From Bacteroidales bacterium (GTDB lineage: Bacteria; Bacteroidota; Bacteroidia; Bacteroidales; JAGOPY01), in contig JALNZD010000010.1 of the NCBI GenBank assembly GCA_023229505.1, positions 25,189 to 89,188 on the forward strand: DNA of 64,000 nucleotides, given 5' to 3'. The notes below the pieces were generated by a model that worked only from the letters and a program-made list of their open reading frames with translations, had not been told where the DNA came from and did not search any database. Shown one piece after another: positions 54,773 to 64,000 of the stretch (its first letter is position 1; the number at the start of each line of letters is the position of its first letter). Made by a program: the position numbers and the translations under genes.

Positions 54773-54864
54773 GGTATTGATTATTAGGATTTTTTAAGCA
54801 GCGAAGTTACTTTAAATCTGCTTAAAGTATCACTTTATCAGCGATTTTTAGGCTTATTTATCCA

Positions 54865-55956
54865 TCATTTTAACGATCCGCCCGGTTTCTTGATCTTATC
54901 TTCCATCGACAGCCCCGATTTCACTTCGACGTTGATTCCATCGGAGAGGCCGGTTTTTATATATCTCTTTTCAAATTGTTGTGGCGCAACTTCAACCTCC
55001 ACGTATGAGGAATCGCCTTCAAACTGGAGGATACTTTCAGGAATAGCCATCACGCTGTCGGTCCGGTCGAGGACAACTTTTGCATTAGCGCTGTAACCGG
55101 CGCGGATGAACTGGTCTTGTTTCAGTTCCACGTTGGCTTTGATCTCAAACTGGATAGCTCCGTTTTCTTCTATCCCTTTTGGTGATATATGTTCCAAAAC
55201 CGCGCTGAAGGAAGCATCATCAATGGCCCCTACGGTCAGGATCAGCGGCATGCCTTCCCGGATCTTTCCGACTTCGGTTTCATCGATCTTTCCTTCGAAG
55301 ATCATATCGCCCATATCGGCCACGGAAGCGATGGTTGTACCATCATTAAATGTATTGCTTTCGATGACGGAAAACCCAACTTCAACCGGAACATCCAGAA
55401 CCATGCCTTCAGCGGTCGACTTGACTATTGTATTGGTTACCTGGCCGCCTTTTTTAGTCTGGCCTTCTTTGATCAGTTCCAGGTTGTTTTCGGCCGCTTC
55501 CACTTCTTCTATGGCATTTTTATAAGCCAGGTCATAAGCTTCGAATTCAGCACGGGCAATGACTCCCTGGTCCAGCAGGTCTTTTTGCCGGTCATAATGT
55601 CTCTTCGAATCCTCAAAACTGATTTTGGCCCGGTTAAGGCGGGATTGAGCATTATTCAGATTGACCATATCCGGTATAATCTTGATTTTGGCGATCAGGT
55701 CACCTTTTTTGATCATATCACCTGCTTCGACATAAAGTTCCTCCACGATTCCGGAGACCTGCGGCTTGATCATGATCTCTTTCCGGGGAACCACTGATCC
55801 GGTAGCCACCGTGCTTTTAATGATCTCTGTTTTCACGGCCTGGGTGGTTTCGTATTCAATGGGTTTGGCCTGCGATTTCTGATAAAGGAAATAAATAGTA
55901 TAAACGAAAATCGATATCACAACCACTCCTGCCAGTATTTTTAACGCTTTTTTCAT
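54865..55956 (-). CDS. Efflux periplasmic adaptor (HlyD/MacA-type membrane fusion protein)
   Basis: N-terminal TM, lipoyl-like hairpin VEAGDMIKKGDLIAKI, coiled-coil region, beta-barrel C-terminus. Last gene of the efflux operon. Confidence 0.85.
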   Translation of the reverse strand: MKKALKILAGVVVISIFVYTIYFLYQKSQAKPIEYETTQAVKTEIIKSTVATGSVVPRKEIMIKPQVSGIVEELYVEAGDMIKKGDLIAKIKIIPDMVNLNNAQSRLNRAKISFEDSKRHYDRQKDLLDQGVIARAEFEAYDLAYKNAIEEVEAAENNLELIKEGQTKKGGQVTNTIVKSTAEGMVLDVPVEVGFSVIESNTFNDGTTIASVADMGDMIFEGKIDETEVGKIREGMPLILTVGAIDDASFSAVLEHISPKGIEENGAIQFEIKANVELKQDQFIRAGYSANAKVVLDRTDSVMAIPESILQFEGDSSYVEVEVAPQQFEKRYIKTGLSDGINVEVKSGLSMEDKIKKPGGSLK

Positions 55957-55977
55957 AGACTGTATGATATTATTAAG

Positions 55978-57255
55978 TTATTCATCTCTTAATGCATCGA
56001 TCGGTTTGATGCTGACCGCACGGCGGGCCGGGATTAAACCGGCAAATATGCCTGAAATGACCAGGATACCTAAGGACAACATCGCCATATTGAAATTAAT
56101 TTCCGGGTTCCGGAACATTTCTGATTCCGCGCCACTCGATGTGATCAGGTAGTCCACCAGTTCTATCAGGCCTACCCCAATGACTAAGCCGACATAACCT
56201 GCCATGGTGGTCAGGAAGACAGATTCCACGATGATCTGGCTTATAATGGCAGAAGGCGGAGCGCCGATAGCCCGTTGTATTCCAATCTCTTTTGTCCGTT
56301 CTTTCACCACGATCAGCATTATATTGCTCACCCCGACGACTCCGGCAAAAAGTGTTCCTGATCCTACGATCCAGACCAGAATGGTTATCCCCGCGAACAG
56401 GTTATTAAACTTGTTGAATTCCGTCTCCATATTCCAGGAGCCAATAGCGCGGTTATCATCAGGATGAATGTGGTGCCTGGTCTTTAGAAAATCTTTGGTC
56501 TTCTGCTCTAATTCTGATGCAGGGACGCCTTTCTTTGCCGTAATAGAATACCATCCCACTATATCGCCGTAATTATAAGTTTGCTGGAGCGTATTAAAGG
56601 GCATATAGATCGATTTTTCATCCCTTTCAGCCTGAAACCCGCGTTGTTTGGATTTTACAACTCCAACCACCTTAAAATAAACACCCTGTATCTGCAGGTA
56701 TTCTCCAATAGGGTTTTCATCTTTTTTAAACATTTCCTGGTAAACCCTGTCACCAATGACGATTATTTTACGCTGTTCGTCAACATCCATTTTATTAATC
56801 AGCCGGCCTTGCGCGACTTTCACGGGCATAATTTCGAAGAATTCCGGGGTATCACCATAAATATCGAAAGCCCCGGTCCGCTCACCCCGGATCACATTGC
56901 TGCCGCCGCCCCTGAAACCAAATGCCTGTAACCTGGGTGCAACTTTATCAGCTTCGGGAATGTTTTGTTTAATGGCTTCTGTATCAGCATTCCGGAAATT
57001 ATAAAAGCGGCCCCGCTGGAATCCTTTATAAGGCATGCTTGTGCGTTGGGTCCACATAAAAAAGCTGTTGGTCGCCATATTTCCAAAACCTTCCAGTGCA
57101 CTGTTCCGTAAGCCATTACCAGAGCCCATCATAACAACAAGGAGGAAAATCCCCCAGAAAACGCCAAACGCGGTAAAGAAGGTTCTAAGTTTGTTCTTTT
57201 TCAGAACAATCACGATCTCCTGCCATTTGTCGTAATCAAGGATACTCATATTCAA
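55978..57255 (-). CDS. ABC transporter permease, MacB/FtsX type (copy 2)
   Basis: TM1, then a ~230-aa periplasmic domain, then the 3-TM FtsX domain with VKERTKEIGIQRAIGA. C-terminal IKPIDALRDE. Confidence 0.85.
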   Translation of the reverse strand: MNMSILDYDKWQEIVIVLKKNKLRTFFTAFGVFWGIFLLVVMMGSGNGLRNSALEGFGNMATNSFFMWTQRTSMPYKGFQRGRFYNFRNADTEAIKQNIPEADKVAPRLQAFGFRGGGSNVIRGERTGAFDIYGDTPEFFEIMPVKVAQGRLINKMDVDEQRKIIVIGDRVYQEMFKKDENPIGEYLQIQGVYFKVVGVVKSKQRGFQAERDEKSIYMPFNTLQQTYNYGDIVGWYSITAKKGVPASELEQKTKDFLKTRHHIHPDDNRAIGSWNMETEFNKFNNLFAGITILVWIVGSGTLFAGVVGVSNIMLIVVKERTKEIGIQRAIGAPPSAIISQIIVESVFLTTMAGYVGLVIGVGLIELVDYLITSSGAESEMFRNPEINFNMAMLSLGILVISGIFAGLIPARRAVSIKPIDALRDE

Positions 57256-57272
57256 TTTTTCATATTTTCTTT

Positions 57273-57319
57273 AAAAAAGGCAGGGGGGTTTTATTAGCAT
57301 CCCTCAGTGTCCCCCTGCC
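57273..57319 (-). terminator. Intra-operon Rho-independent terminator or attenuator between the two permease genes
   Basis: Minus strand: ggcaggggg (loop 23 nt) ccccctgcc followed directly by tttttt. GC-rich 9-bp stem. Confidence 0.5.
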
Positions 57320-57381
57320 CGAGCAAGCATTAACCATTTTGCTGCCATGAGAAAACTACAACCCTTTGGATTGTATAATGT

Positions 57382-58623
57382 TCATTCATATCTCAGTGCT
57401 TCTATCGGTTGAATACGGGCGGCTTTCCGTGCCGGTACAAAACCTGCCAGCATGCCTGAAACAACCATAACCACGGTTGCTCCCAGTGCAACGCTGATAT
57501 TCACTTCCGGGTTTTTAAAGAAAGTATCTGAACTTTCAAAAACGGGCGATATCAGTTCCAACAAACCCACCCCCATGACCAGCCCGATGTAACCGGCAAA
57601 AGAAGTTATCAGCACCGACTCAAGGAGTATAAGGCTTATGATGGACCAGGGCGTCGCGCCCAGGGCCTTTCGAATACCAATCTCCTGCGTTCTTTCTTTT
57701 ACCACGATCATCATGATATTGCTGACACCGACAACCCCGGCAATAATTGTCCCGATGCCGATGATCCATATAAAAAGCCTGATTGAGGCGAAAAGGTTGA
57801 GGAACTGTTTGAACTGTTCGAGGTTATTCCACACACCTACTGCCCGTTGGTCAGTGGGATCAAACTTATGGGATTGGGCAATGGTCTGACGTATCTTTTC
57901 AGCCATAGCCTGGCTTTCCTCCACATCAATATCTTTGGTTACAATGCTCAGGTTAGCTATCTTGTTGCCATAATTAAAGATCCGCTGCGCCGTGGAAAGC
58001 GGCACGTAAACCCGCTGCATATCCCTGTCGCCTCCGACATCGCTAAATACTCCAGTCACTTTGAACGGTATGCCGCTGACATGGATAAATTTTCCCATCG
58101 GATCTTCTCCTTTAAATAGGGCATCCCTTACAATGATGCTGATGATCACAACCTTTCTGAAATCCTTAATATCATCATCATTAATAAACCTGCCGGATAA
58201 AACATCCAGGGTTTCGTAATAACCATAACCCGGATGGCAGGCAATAATATCAAAGTTGCCGTATTCTTTTTTATATGAAATGGTATTGTTCTGCCAGACA
58301 TTTATCCTTCCGGAGATTTTGTCGATGTGGGGAATTTCCTTTTTCACGAGGTCATGATCCTCATTGGTGAACTGGATGGTTCGGCCAGCTTTAAGCCCTT
58401 TGTAAGCCACGCTGGTCTGGCCGGGGTTTATCCAGAGCGTATTGGTGGCATCACCTTCAAATTCTTTCCTGACGCCATTTTCCAGGCCATTACCCGACCC
58501 AAGCAGGATGATGAGCATAAAGATCCCCCAGGCAACGCTGAACCCTGTCAGGAACGTGCGCAGTTTGTTTTTCTTCATAGTTTCGAAGATCTCCTGCCAT
58601 TTATCCCAGTCGAAAATGCCCAT
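57382..58623 (-). CDS. ABC transporter permease, MacB/FtsX type (copy 1)
   Basis: Same architecture as 55978-57255. VKERTQEIGIRKALGA, C-terminal IQPIEALRYE. Confidence 0.85.
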   Translation of the reverse strand: MGIFDWDKWQEIFETMKKNKLRTFLTGFSVAWGIFMLIILLGSGNGLENGVRKEFEGDATNTLWINPGQTSVAYKGLKAGRTIQFTNEDHDLVKKEIPHIDKISGRINVWQNNTISYKKEYGNFDIIACHPGYGYYETLDVLSGRFINDDDIKDFRKVVIISIIVRDALFKGEDPMGKFIHVSGIPFKVTGVFSDVGGDRDMQRVYVPLSTAQRIFNYGNKIANLSIVTKDIDVEESQAMAEKIRQTIAQSHKFDPTDQRAVGVWNNLEQFKQFLNLFASIRLFIWIIGIGTIIAGVVGVSNIMMIVVKERTQEIGIRKALGATPWSIISLILLESVLITSFAGYIGLVMGVGLLELISPVFESSDTFFKNPEVNISVALGATVVMVVSGMLAGFVPARKAARIQPIEALRYE

Positions 58624-58639
58624 GGTGTGCTTGAACTTT

Positions 58640-59362
58640 TTAATCAGTTGGTTGAAAATAATGATGCTTATTTTTTCCGTTCACCTCTGTCCGCTCGATC
58701 AGGCCGTCTTTAAGATGGATGATCCTGTCGGTCGAATGGGCTATATCGTATTCGTGGGTTACGATCAGAATTGTGATCCCGGTCTGGTTGATTTCCTTTA
58801 GCAATTCCATCATTTCCATGGAAGTTTTTGAATCAAGCGCTCCCGTTGGCTCGTCGGCCAAAATGATACGGGGATTTGATACCAGAGCCCTGGCTATGGC
58901 TATACGTTGTTTCTGGCCACCCGACAATTCGTTAGGTAAATGATGCCACCATTCGGTCAGGTCCATTTTTTCAAGCATATCCATGGCGATCTTGTTACGT
59001 TTCTTCCGTCCGATACCTTTGTAATACAGCGGCAGAGCAACATTTTCCATAGCATTTTTAAAGGAGATCAGGTTGAACGACTGGAAGACAAAGCCAATCA
59101 TTTCATTCCGGAGCTGTGCTGCTTTCTTTTCTGAAAGATCTTTAATGGGCAATCCATCGAGAATGTATTCGCCTTCATCATGATTATCAAGTATGCCGAT
59201 TACATTAAGCAAGGTAGATTTTCCCGATCCTGAAGAACCCATGATAGAAACGAGTTCGCCTTTTTTTATATCCAGGTCAATCCCTTTCAGGACATGCAAG
59301 GGATTCTTACCAATCCCGTAAGACTTATTGATATTTTTCAACCTGATGATAAGGTCTTCCAT
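58640..59362 (-). CDS. ABC transporter ATP-binding protein (MacB/LolD-like)
   Basis: Walker A GSSGSGKST, signature LSGGQKQRIAIARAL, Walker B ILADEPTGALD. Confidence 0.9.
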   Translation of the reverse strand: MEDLIIRLKNINKSYGIGKNPLHVLKGIDLDIKKGELVSIMGSSGSGKSTLLNVIGILDNHDEGEYILDGLPIKDLSEKKAAQLRNEMIGFVFQSFNLISFKNAMENVALPLYYKGIGRKKRNKIAMDMLEKMDLTEWWHHLPNELSGGQKQRIAIARALVSNPRIILADEPTGALDSKTSMEMMELLKEINQTGITILIVTHEYDIAHSTDRIIHLKDGLIERTEVNGKNKHHYFQPTD

Positions 59363-59371
59363 TATAACAAA

Positions 59372-60838
59372 TTATTTCAGGGTTATAGGATTACCCATAT
59401 AAAAATCAAGAATGGTTGTTGTGTAAATAAAGCGGTATTTTGCCTGCAACATGTCTGATTCGGCGCGGGTCAGTTCTTTCTTGGTTTCGTTATATTGAAC
59501 CGATGTAACGAGCCCGACGCCCAACTTTTGTTCTGAATACTTAAATGCTTCCTTCTGGGCTTGCAGTTTCTTTTCTGAAGCATTAAAGTTCTTTAAGGCT
59601 GCTACCGCATCGGCATAAGCCCTCTGGATTTTCTCATTCAGGTTGAGTTTTGTTTGTTGAAGTGTCAGATCTGCTTCTTCCTTCAGGATCTTAGCCTGGC
59701 TGATGGCCGTCCTGGCTTGCCAGCCATTGAAGATCGGGATCTGAAGAGAGAAGGAGAGACTTTTATTCTGATTATCATTAAGTTGATCTCCAAAAGGGAT
59801 CACTGTACCCCCGGTATAACGAGTACCCAATAGTGTAACAGGTTCCAGCGTGTTTTGCGTATATCCTGCATTTTCATAAAGTACGCCAATGCTATCATAG
59901 CCTCCTTTAGAAGCACCGGAATACCCTGTTGCCCAGGAACCACTGAAGTTCAGGGTAGGACTGAGGTAACCCCGGGCAAAGGAGATTCCTTTTTCGGCGC
60001 TTTGAACGCGGTATTCTGCGCTTTTAATCTCCGGGCGGTTGCCAAGAGCCACCTGATAAATACTCTGTGCGTTGAGGGTAACCTGAGGTGCTTCGATGGG
60101 TTTAAGTTCCGGTGATTCTATGCGGAATCCCGCAGTAACAGGAAGATCAATCAATTGTTGCAGGGTGAGATAAGAAATAGCCAGCTTGTTTTCAGCCTCA
60201 ATAAGGGCTAATTCTTCTGTAGCAGCCTGGGCTTCAATGTTAAGCAGATCCCCGCGGGCCAATGTACCGGCCTGGACCATTTTTTCCATCCGGTTCACCT
60301 GTTGTTTGGTCACAGCAAGCTGTTCTCCGGCTACTGCGTAAATTTCCTTATTATACAGGATGTCAAGGTAATAACCAGCTACGGCGATGGAAATATCATC
60401 CATAAGTAAATCGAGGTCGTACTGTGTAGCAAGCCAGTCAAGCTTGCTCTGGTTCATCGTATTGATCTGTTGTAATCCCTGGAACAGGTTAAATTGGGTC
60501 CCCAGATAAAAGTTATTGGACTGGACCCTTGTTGTGGCAAACTGGTTCGTATACCGGTCGACGGTATTTCCCCAGTTATAGCCATGGGTAGCACCTGCAT
60601 TGAGGCTGGGAAGCATTCCCAGTTTGCTTTGGAGCAGCAGGTCTTTTTGGTTCCCGACATTCAGCACTTGTTTCTTTATGTCGATGTTGTTGTCGAGCGC
60701 ATAGGTGATACATTCTTCCAGTGTCCATTCTTTTTCCTGGGAGGATGCGGCCAGGAATGAGAATAGAATAGTTGTGGTAATCAGCGTTCTTAGTGTTTTG
60801 TTTAAGATGTTTTTTTGGTTAATGCTCTTGAGGTTCAT
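59372..60838 (-). CDS. TolC-family outer-membrane efflux protein
   Basis: Signal peptide, two-fold repeat of long helical/beta segments, LEECITYALDNNIDIK type N-terminus. First gene of the efflux operon. Confidence 0.85.
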   Translation of the reverse strand: MNLKSINQKNILNKTLRTLITTTILFSFLAASSQEKEWTLEECITYALDNNIDIKKQVLNVGNQKDLLLQSKLGMLPSLNAGATHGYNWGNTVDRYTNQFATTRVQSNNFYLGTQFNLFQGLQQINTMNQSKLDWLATQYDLDLLMDDISIAVAGYYLDILYNKEIYAVAGEQLAVTKQQVNRMEKMVQAGTLARGDLLNIEAQAATEELALIEAENKLAISYLTLQQLIDLPVTAGFRIESPELKPIEAPQVTLNAQSIYQVALGNRPEIKSAEYRVQSAEKGISFARGYLSPTLNFSGSWATGYSGASKGGYDSIGVLYENAGYTQNTLEPVTLLGTRYTGGTVIPFGDQLNDNQNKSLSFSLQIPIFNGWQARTAISQAKILKEEADLTLQQTKLNLNEKIQRAYADAVAALKNFNASEKKLQAQKEAFKYSEQKLGVGLVTSVQYNETKKELTRAESDMLQAKYRFIYTTTILDFYMGNPITLK

Positions 60839-61090
60839 GCTTAATCAGATTTAGATCTTTTTTAAAGTAACGCATCTTTGCAGCGAAAAATATGCCATTA
60901 TCGTATTTTATTAATTTTAAATTATTTATGTTTTAATTTTACGCATTAGGACGAAAATGACGTTCATATTGTTACACTATATGTCCGGTAGTGAACAATA
61001 GTTAGTGCAAATATGCAGAAGCAAAAGTATAATAAGCTGTACTAATCAACAAGGGGGCAGGTGGAATTTACAAATGGTAGTATTCTGCAT

Positions 61091-61945
61091 TTATTTAAAC
61101 TCGTAGGCCATTACCCGGTTATCATTGAAAGTAGGGACCAAAAGCAATTTCATGGACGGGATGAATTCTATGTCTGCTGCATTGATTCCGGCTAAAGAAG
61201 TATCAAGAATTTTTTCAATTTTTTTATCCGTTCCGGCGAGAAAAACATTTCCCTGCCAGTCAGAGAATAGGTAACGGCCATCGCCGGTTCCTTCTAATCC
61301 ATCAATACTGCCTGTGTTGTCAAGCCATACTGTGATTTCTTTATCCTCTATGCCAGCCTGGCTGATATTATTACATCCTATCAGCAATTGCTTTCCCTCA
61401 ATAAACAGCCCATTCGGGTAAGTAAGGGTTGTATCAAACAGCCAGACTTCGGAGACGTCTTCATATATCCTGTAAATCCTGGTTCCCATCATATCGGAAA
61501 TGTAAACCGCTCCAATTTGATCAATAGCAATATCGTTAAGAAATCTTGCTTCAGGAAAATCGTAGTACCGCATAATCTTAGCGCTTTTGATATCAATCTC
61601 GGCAACCCTGTCGATATCAGTCACAAAAAGTTTGCCTTTATAAATACCCATACCTTTCGGGGCATTGAGGCCGGTCATCCATCTCAGTTCTAAAATTTTT
61701 CCATCGGGTGATAACTTCGAGATAAATCCATTCCCGTCCTTATCGTTCGGTTTACCGTTGATATTCGAAACAAATAATTCCATACCTGCCGAGTCGTAGC
61801 AAACGGATTCCGGAACCTTCAATTCCGGTGGTGTCTCCCACTTTTTAACCAGTTTATCGCTTTGGAAGATCTTTACATCCTGTGCTATGCCTGAAATATA
61901 AAATAGACACAGAATTAATGCGGAAAAGAACATGGGTTTTTTCAT
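61091..61945 (-). CDS. Secreted beta-propeller protein (SMP-30/gluconolactonase/LRE-like)
   Basis: Signal peptide. PESVCYDSAGMELFVSNINGKPNDKDGNGFISKLSPDG, repeated blade-like segments (LFVTDI, VYISDM, YLFSDW). Confidence 0.5.
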   Translation of the reverse strand: MKKPMFFSALILCLFYISGIAQDVKIFQSDKLVKKWETPPELKVPESVCYDSAGMELFVSNINGKPNDKDGNGFISKLSPDGKILELRWMTGLNAPKGMGIYKGKLFVTDIDRVAEIDIKSAKIMRYYDFPEARFLNDIAIDQIGAVYISDMMGTRIYRIYEDVSEVWLFDTTLTYPNGLFIEGKQLLIGCNNISQAGIEDKEITVWLDNTGSIDGLEGTGDGRYLFSDWQGNVFLAGTDKKIEKILDTSLAGINAADIEFIPSMKLLLVPTFNDNRVMAYEFK

Positions 61946-61960
61946 GGCTTTTTTTTAATT

Positions 61961-62560
61961 TCATTTTCCTTTTCTGACATCATTGAATAAAGCCAGAGGA
62001 GAAAACATTTTTTTGCGCGACATCCGGAAAAAGCCTTCTTTAGCTGTTTTTACATCTTCAATCGTTATAAATGACTGCGGGTTATGTTCCTGGATAATGC
62101 CTAAAACTTCTTTCAGATCTTTCCGTTTAACAATAGTGAAGATCATCTTCAATTTTCCGGTCATCCCTTCAATATCTACCAGTGAAGCCCCAAAGCTTTG
62201 TTCTCTGAGGTGATTGATGAGATTGGATGTATCCATTTTCGGCACTACCCTGATCAGCACGGTACCCAGCGACATTTTTTCATCGAGATAGATCCCGAGG
62301 TAGTTACCTGTGGCAAACCCGAAACCATAGGCGATGTAGCACAAGAAATTATCCAGGTGCTGCATGATCTGACCAATGGCCAACAACCAGATTATGACCT
62401 CGAAGAATCCCAGCAATGGCGCATAGAATTTATATCCCTTTGAAACGAAGATCAGCCGGAGGGTTCCAATACTTACATCAAGGATACGGGCAAAAAAGAT
62501 CAATAATGGAAGGATTACCCAGGTAAAAAGATTGGAGTCGGTAAGAAAAGTGGTTTCCAT
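61961..62560 (-). CDS. UPF0316/DUF2179-family membrane protein
   Basis: Three N-terminal TM helices (ILDVSIGTLRLIFVSKG pattern) plus a C-terminal soluble alpha/beta domain (IEGMTGKLKMIFTIVKRKD). Confidence 0.65.
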   Translation of the reverse strand: METTFLTDSNLFTWVILPLLIFFARILDVSIGTLRLIFVSKGYKFYAPLLGFFEVIIWLLAIGQIMQHLDNFLCYIAYGFGFATGNYLGIYLDEKMSLGTVLIRVVPKMDTSNLINHLREQSFGASLVDIEGMTGKLKMIFTIVKRKDLKEVLGIIQEHNPQSFITIEDVKTAKEGFFRMSRKKMFSPLALFNDVRKGK

Positions 62561-62580
62561 GGCAATAATTTAATTTACAT

Positions 62581-62588
62581 TATCTTTG
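62581..62588 (+). promoter_or_regulatory. Candidate -7 box (TAnnTTTG) for the downstream histidine kinase
   Basis: tatctttg, 89 nt upstream of GTG 62677. Confidence 0.35.
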
Positions 62589-62676
62589 CGATCTTAAGAA
62601 AACTTAACACCAATAAGTTACAGTTAGTCACTCAATAAATCAGCATTTATCCCGTTAAGGACAAAATACTTTTCCG

Positions 62677-64000
62677 GTGCAAATTTACTACAAGAAAAAG
62701 AGATGGAAGTGGCTATTATTTGGTGCGGCCGTGCTGATCATCATTATTTCCCTCTGGTATACCAACGTGCTGGTCAAACAGATTGCCGAAGATGAGCGGT
62801 TGAGCATCAATATCTGGTCGAATGCCATTCAGCGAAAAGCTAACCTGGTAAATTACACAAAAGCGTTTTTCGACCAGATCAAGGAAGAGGAATACAAAAG
62901 GGCCCTGTTGCTGGCAGAAGCTTATCGTAATTTGTTTTTTGAAGAATCATCGCGCACGGTGGAATTTTACCGGCAAATGCTGGAATACAATACCAAGATC
63001 CCTATCATCCTCACAGATGCAGAGGACCATATCCTGATTTATAAAAATATCAATGAAAAGGATATGTCCGGGATTACTGTTATGACCGACAGCCTGAAAA
63101 GAGAGTTTTCCTCATTTGAACCTATAAAAGTTCCCCTGGTCCAGGATGAATATCAACTCCTATATTTTAAAGAATCAACGATTTTTACCGAGCTCAGGTT
63201 TGTCTTAAACGACCTGGTTGAGTCCTTTTTCTCTGAAGTAGTGGGCAGTTCAGCTTCTGTGCCGGTGATGATAACCGACAGCACCGGGAAACTGGTCATT
63301 GAATCAGGTAACCTGGATAAAAACAAGCTCAAAGACCAGGAATATGTCAGTCATCTTATCGCCAGCATGTCTTTTGAAAACGATCCGATAGAAATCAGCC
63401 TTCCGGATTACGGCAAGAGCTATATTTATTACATGAACTCGTCCCTGATGGAGCAAATCATGTATTATCCCTATATCATGCTGACCGTCATCAGTGTTTT
63501 TCTTTTAATCTCCTATTTATTATTCAGTACAGCCAGAAAATCAGAACAAAACCTGGTCTGGATCGGGATGTCAAAAGAAACCGCACATCAGCTGGGAACA
63601 CCGCTTTCATCGATTATGGCCTGGATGGAATTATTAAAGATGAAAGGGGAAAATATCGAAGAGTTAACGGAGATTGAAAAAGATGTAAAAAGGTTAGAAG
63701 ATATAACTGAGAGGTTTTCCAAGATTGGTTCACCTTCAAAGCTGGAAGCACAAAACCTTGTCGGCGTACTTTACGAGTCAGTCGCCTACCTTGAGCCACG
63801 GATTTCTAAAAAAGTCAGGTTCCATATCAATCTTATTCCTGAAAAAGAAGTAATTGTACCGCTAAATAAACAACTTTTCGAATGGGTGGTGGAAAACATC
63901 TGTAAAAACGCCGTTGATGCCATGAGTAATTCAGGAACTATCAATATTAACATTGAAGAGGTCAACCAGCATGTAAACATCGATTTTGAAGATACAGGCA
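62677..64000 (+). CDS. Membrane sensor histidine kinase (C-terminal part lies beyond the window edge)
   Basis: Absent from the ORF track because it is open to the window end. My translation from GTG 62677 gives (M)QIYYKKKRWKWLLFGAAVLIIIISLWY..., a periplasmic region, a second TM (YIMLTVISVFLLISYLLF), H-box ETAHQLGTPLSSIMAW and N box ENICKNAVDAM. TAA lies in frame 18 nt upstream of the GTG. Confidence 0.75.
   Translation, partial: MQIYYKKKRWKWLLFGAAVLIIIISLWYTNVLVKQIAEDERLSINIWSNAIQRKANLVNYTKAFFDQIKEEEYKRALLLAEAYRNLFFEESSRTVEFYRQMLEYNTKIPIILTDAEDHILIYKNINEKDMSGITVMTDSLKREFSSFEPIKVPLVQDEYQLLYFKESTIFTELRFVLNDLVESFFSEVVGSSASVPVMITDSTGKLVIESGNLDKNKLKDQEYVSHLIASMSFENDPIEISLPDYGKSYIYYMNSSLMEQIMYYPYIMLTVISVFLLISYLLFSTARKSEQNLVWIGMSKETAHQLGTPLSSIMAWMELLKMKGENIEELTEIEKDVKRLEDITERFSKIGSPSKLEAQNLVGVLYESVAYLEPRISKKVRFHINLIPEKEVIVPLNKQLFEWVVENICKNAVDAMSNSGTININIEEVNQHVNIDFEDTG

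Noticed and set aside
55189-55797. 202-aa + strand ORF (and 55106..55525)
   Set aside because: These are antisense to the membrane fusion protein gene and have no domain signatures.

Overview
The window reads as an ordinary chromosomal segment of a Bacteroidota bacterium. Supporting signs are two proteins with T9SS C-terminal sorting domains, a TonB-dependent receptor with a CarboxypepD_reg N-terminus, an S46 dipeptidyl-peptidase, and TAnnTTTG -7 boxes ahead of several genes. I found about 48 protein-coding genes and no rRNA, tRNA, CRISPR array, transposase or integrase. All family calls come from motifs read by eye in the supplied translations; no BLAST, HMM or folding was run.

Gene content by position:
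- 1-9284 (-): a poly-gamma-glutamate (PGA) type operon. It holds a C25/gingipain-like T9SS protein, pgsB, pgsC, a bitopic accessory protein, a secreted tandem-domain protein, an outer-membrane barrel and an LVIVD lipoprotein.
- 9893-14158: a stand-alone EF-G paralog, a ferredoxin-nitroreductase fusion and an MFS transporter.
- 14310-21831 (+): a complete Pho cluster (O/P porin, pstSCAB, phoU, phoR, phoB).
- 21828-27318 (-): small secreted proteins, then a lipoprotein plus TonB-dependent receptor pair.
- 27558-36271: a P-type ATPase, kbl and tdh separated by a higBA toxin-antitoxin pair, mnmA and an Fe-alcohol dehydrogenase.
- 36280-46404 (-): a giant membrane histidine kinase, mnmG, ybeY, an RsbW-like ATP-binding protein and a 1117-aa coiled-coil membrane protein.
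- 46534-54772: an M1 aminopeptidase (T9SS), gltX, folB, a CWC Cys-rich protein, an S46 peptidase and an M49-like peptidase.
- 54865-60838 (-): a TolC/ABC/FtsX-FtsX/MFP efflux operon.
- 61091-64000: a beta-propeller protein, a UPF0316 protein and a partial histidine kinase.

Most interesting observations:
1. The PGA locus lacks PgsA and CapD. It is fused in an operon with a C25-family protein whose catalytic His appears replaced by Glu, and with candidate outer-membrane export genes.
2. A family of short stuttering repeats abuts stop and start codons in many intergenic regions and shares exact 15-18-mers between loci.
3. An 11-bp-periodic direct-repeat array with a TTGTCAT core resembles a Pho-box-type binding site.
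4. A 14-bp CACGTG-centred palindrome recurs 2-3 nt after two consecutive stop codons.
5. A 108-bp element with 18-bp inverted termini lies next to higBA.
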